A stretch of 63,955 nucleotides of DNA, the filler included, from Pirum gemmata (Eukaryota), in NCBI GenBank assembly GCA_002812295.1. It is 13 parts of 13 records of this genome, joined end to end, with 100 filler letters (N's around TTAATTAATTAA, not from the genome) between each part and the next. Parts side by side here need not be neighbours in the genome. Positions count along the whole stretch, not along the records: positions 60,203 to 63,955 come from PDIN01001204.1; 12 more parts are not named here. The stretch is one strand, 5' to 3'. Positions within the stretch are counted from its first letter, which is position 1. Each line of letters starts with the position of its first letter. A program made the translations under genes and the position numbers. This document shows, piece by piece, positions 61,191 through 63,955 of this stretch. The notes under the pieces were generated by a model. That model was not told where the DNA came from. It searched no databases and saw only the letters and a program-made list of their open reading frames with translations.

Positions 61191-63955
61191 ATGTCTCATA
61201 ATATTTTTAGGTTAGGCACTTATAATGTTAACGGCTTTAAAAATAACAATGATAAGCAACAAGCCGTGTTAAATTTTATTCAAAATGATGAATTTATAAA
61301 TCTATTAGTGTTAACTGAAACAAATAATCTACATCAGCATCAAATAACTAATGACTTAAACAGGTATAATTATAAGATAACGAAAGATTCAAACAAGTCC
61401 AAAGGTCACGGATTAACAATTTTTAGTAATTGTGAAAAAAAACATATCAAAAATATAATGGAAGTAGAAGAAGGTTATATATTATCTTTCGATTACAAAG
61501 TTATGTACAGATGGCATAAAGTTTTCGCTATTTACGCTGCCCCCAAAAATCAAATTGAACTTTTAAATAAGCTGCATGAGGCCATTGATGTGTTTACCCA
61601 AACTAATACCACTCCCATAATAGTTTTAGGTGATTTTAATGTAGTTTTAAGAGATATTGACTGTTCAGTCAATAATAATAATAATAATAATTTCTTTTTT
61701 AAACAAACAAAATCGAAGGAAGTAGCAATAGTAAATAATATTTTAAAAAATTTTGATCTCAAAGACCCCCATAGCTATAGTAGCCCACATCAGAAGTTGG
61801 TAACATTTGAAAGAGGTAGTAGTAAGACTAGGTTAGATTATATTTTTGTAACTGAACATTTAACAAATAGCATATTAGATAGTTCAATTCAAATAGATGT
61901 TCGACAACCAAAAAGACTTAGTGATCATAATTTAATTTACACCACCATCACAAATAAAACCCCTGAGGAAATAGCTAGTAGTAGAGTTAGGATACCTATA
62001 GCAATATTAGAAGAAGTTGATCATGTAAATATGATGAGAAACAGTATAGCTGTGTTTAAAAGTACAATAATGAAAACATTAAACAACCCCAATGACCAAA
62101 TGAAACACCTGAAAATTATAATGAAAGGTACATCAGATCATTATAACAAAAAACGGCAAAAGTTAACAGGTACTCTGAAGAAAAACAAAATTAGTAAATC
62201 AATATTAGAACTTGAAAATAGGAGTGATGATGCATCAATAAAAAGATTAGAAGAATTAAGAGCGGAATTAAGTAATATATATGAAAAAAATAATAACTCT
62301 ATTACAAAGAAACTTCATATTGTTGCTAAAGCGAAAATTGAATTAACAAAACCGACGTATTTAACTAAAACAGTAGCAAATTATTATTATAGTGGTAAGA
62401 ATAGAAATATGTTGGAAATACTAGGTAAGAAAACTACAGTAAACATGCTACAAGAAGGTGATAAGTTTTATAGCAATTTACTAAAAAAAAATAATAATAT
62501 TAATATTAATAATTATAAAACTAAGTATAAGAAAGATTTAAATAGGCTAACCAAATTATCAGAAGATGAAAAATTGGCCATGGGAACACAGGTAACGGAA
62601 GATGAAATTTATAATAGTCTTTTTAATATGGAAGGTTGTAGCTCGCCAGGTTTAGATGGCATCCCAGCCAAAGTGTATCAGCTCTTTTGGTTTGATATAA
62701 AAGATATTTTGGTTCCATTTGTTAAAAGCATTTTTGAGACTAATCAAGCATTTAAAGGCTTTTGTGATGGGTTAATACTTCCAATCTACAAAAAAGGTGA
62801 TAAAAATGACCTGCAAAATTATAGGCCTATTACGTTACTTAATACAGATTATAAATTGATCATGAAAATTCTAACTGACAGAATAGTCCCGAATTTGCCG
62901 TCCATTATTTCCCCAGGACAGACTTGCAATGTGCCCGGGCGCTCTATAGCTGAAAATATTAAATTTGTGCAGACAAGACTCTGGGAAATGAATCGGAATT
63001 CTGACCCTTATTCTTACAAACAACAACAAATACTAAATACAGACATCAAAAAAGCTTTTGATACAATCGAATGGGATTTTCTTTTTTGGGTGCTTGAAGA
63101 AATCGACTTTCCAAAGGGTATTATTACTTTGATCAAAAATTTATACAAACAAGGTTTTTCTATGGTGTCCATAAATGGGTTTTTTTCTGCAGGATTTTTT
63201 AAATCACGCGGTGTAAACCAAGGGGATCCACTTTCTCCTATTTTATATATTATTGTAGGTGAGGTTTTGCGAAGAAAAATCAAAGCTGAATATGGAGTTG
63301 TTACTTCCAGTTACGCTGATGATGCAAATTTTATAACTGATAATCAAAAAACTACGGAAGAAGTGTTGGAAACCGTGATGAATTTCGGGAAGGAAATTTC
63401 CGGAAATGAACTTCACATGGGAAAAACTTTTATAATCTACTCTTCTACAGCGCAAATTGAAAAACTGAGAAAATATCCGGAACTAAAATACATAAATGTA
63501 TTATATGACACTTTTAAATGTTTAGGAGTCTTTATGGGTAATGAAGAACAAGCACAAATTGAAAATGAAAAATTGCTAAAGTTTAAAATTGATAAACATT
63601 TAAAAAGAATATCGGCATCAAATAATATCACAATGATAGAAAAATTTGAGGTAATTTCTTTAATCATAGATGCAGTAGTTAATTTTTATCTTACCAATAC
63701 ATATATAAGTGATGAATTTCTATTTTCAGTTCAAAATGATATTACGAAAATAATTACAAAGTCTAGGATATTAAACCCACAAAAATTAATAGTAACCAGA
63801 GAAATGGGAGGATTAAATCTAATTGATTTGATTAAGAAAAAACAAGCTTTAAATATTAATACTGCAACTCATATGTTTTTAAATCACATATATTATGAAG
63901 TGTATAATAATAATAATACTAATAATACTAATACTAATAATAATAATAATAATAA
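61191..63955 (+). CDS. LINE ORF2: APE endonuclease + reverse transcriptase (3'-partial; missing from the ORF track, consistent with no stop before the window end)
   Basis: MSHNIFRLGTYNVNG, LTET, IYA, LGDFN, RLDYIF, SDH; SPGLDGIP, YKKGDKNDLQNYRPITLLNTDYK, DIKKAFD, GVNQGDPLSP, YADD (63312), GGLNL. Confidence 0.95.
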   Translation, partial: MSHNIFRLGTYNVNGFKNNNDKQQAVLNFIQNDEFINLLVLTETNNLHQHQITNDLNRYNYKITKDSNKSKGHGLTIFSNCEKKHIKNIMEVEEGYILSFDYKVMYRWHKVFAIYAAPKNQIELLNKLHEAIDVFTQTNTTPIIVLGDFNVVLRDIDCSVNNNNNNNFFFKQTKSKEVAIVNNILKNFDLKDPHSYSSPHQKLVTFERGSSKTRLDYIFVTEHLTNSILDSSIQIDVRQPKRLSDHNLIYTTITNKTPEEIASSRVRIPIAILEEVDHVNMMRNSIAVFKSTIMKTLNNPNDQMKHLKIIMKGTSDHYNKKRQKLTGTLKKNKISKSILELENRSDDASIKRLEELRAELSNIYEKNNNSITKKLHIVAKAKIELTKPTYLTKTVANYYYSGKNRNMLEILGKKTTVNMLQEGDKFYSNLLKKNNNININNYKTKYKKDLNRLTKLSEDEKLAMGTQVTEDEIYNSLFNMEGCSSPGLDGIPAKVYQLFWFDIKDILVPFVKSIFETNQAFKGFCDGLILPIYKKGDKNDLQNYRPITLLNTDYKLIMKILTDRIVPNLPSIISPGQTCNVPGRSIAENIKFVQTRLWEMNRNSDPYSYKQQQILNTDIKKAFDTIEWDFLFWVLEEIDFPKGIITLIKNLYKQGFSMVSINGFFSAGFFKSRGVNQGDPLSPILYIIVGEVLRRKIKAEYGVVTSSYADDANFITDNQKTTEEVLETVMNFGKEISGNELHMGKTFIIYSSTAQIEKLRKYPELKYINVLYDTFKCLGVFMGNEEQAQIENEKLLKFKIDKHLKRISASNNITMIEKFEVISLIIDAVVNFYLTNTYISDEFLFSVQNDITKIITKSRILNPQKLIVTREMGGLNLIDLIKKKQALNINTATHMFLNHIYYEVYNNNNTNNTNTNNNNNN

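Larger units (their letters stand above)
60203..63955 (+). mobile_element. Non-LTR retrotransposon (L1/Tx1-like LINE), truncated by the contig and window edges
   Basis: Two tandem ORFs separated by 9 nt; ORF2 has an APE endonuclease and a reverse transcriptase. Confidence 0.95.

Overview
This is very AT-rich, intron- and microsatellite-rich eukaryotic nuclear DNA (GT-AG introns, standard code, TTAGGG repeats). A unicellular opisthokont such as an ichthyosporean is plausible but only a guess. The window is not one locus: about 13 small scaffolds (mostly ~4.6 kb) are concatenated with N-TTAATTAATTAA-N linkers, so adjacency across linkers carries no information. Supported genes: spliced GMP synthase, an intronless class-3 lipase, an intron-containing tRNA-Ile(UAU), a secreted GH5 cellulase with two CBM1 modules and a beta/gamma-crystallin-like tail, a purple acid phosphatase, an acatalytic membrane-anchored alpha-carbonic-anhydrase-like protein, an ankyrin-WGR-PARP with a frameshift, phosducin-like protein 3, a Pho84-type transporter and one multicopper-oxidase exon. 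Mobile DNA includes Tc1/IS630-like, Harbinger/ISL2EU and probable Mutator relics, TA-flanked MITE families and an apparently intact L1/Tx1-type LINE. The most notable signals are (1) pervasive TA-N(1-6)-TA motifs that look like stacked transposon excision footprints matching local MITE ends, (2) the cellulase domain architecture, (3) a giant-virus-like RNA polymerase fragment beside an interstitial telomeric array, (4) the zinc-less carbonic anhydrase, and (5) two genes with out-of-order exons, most likely a scaffolding artefact. All homology calls come from motif recognition, not database searches.
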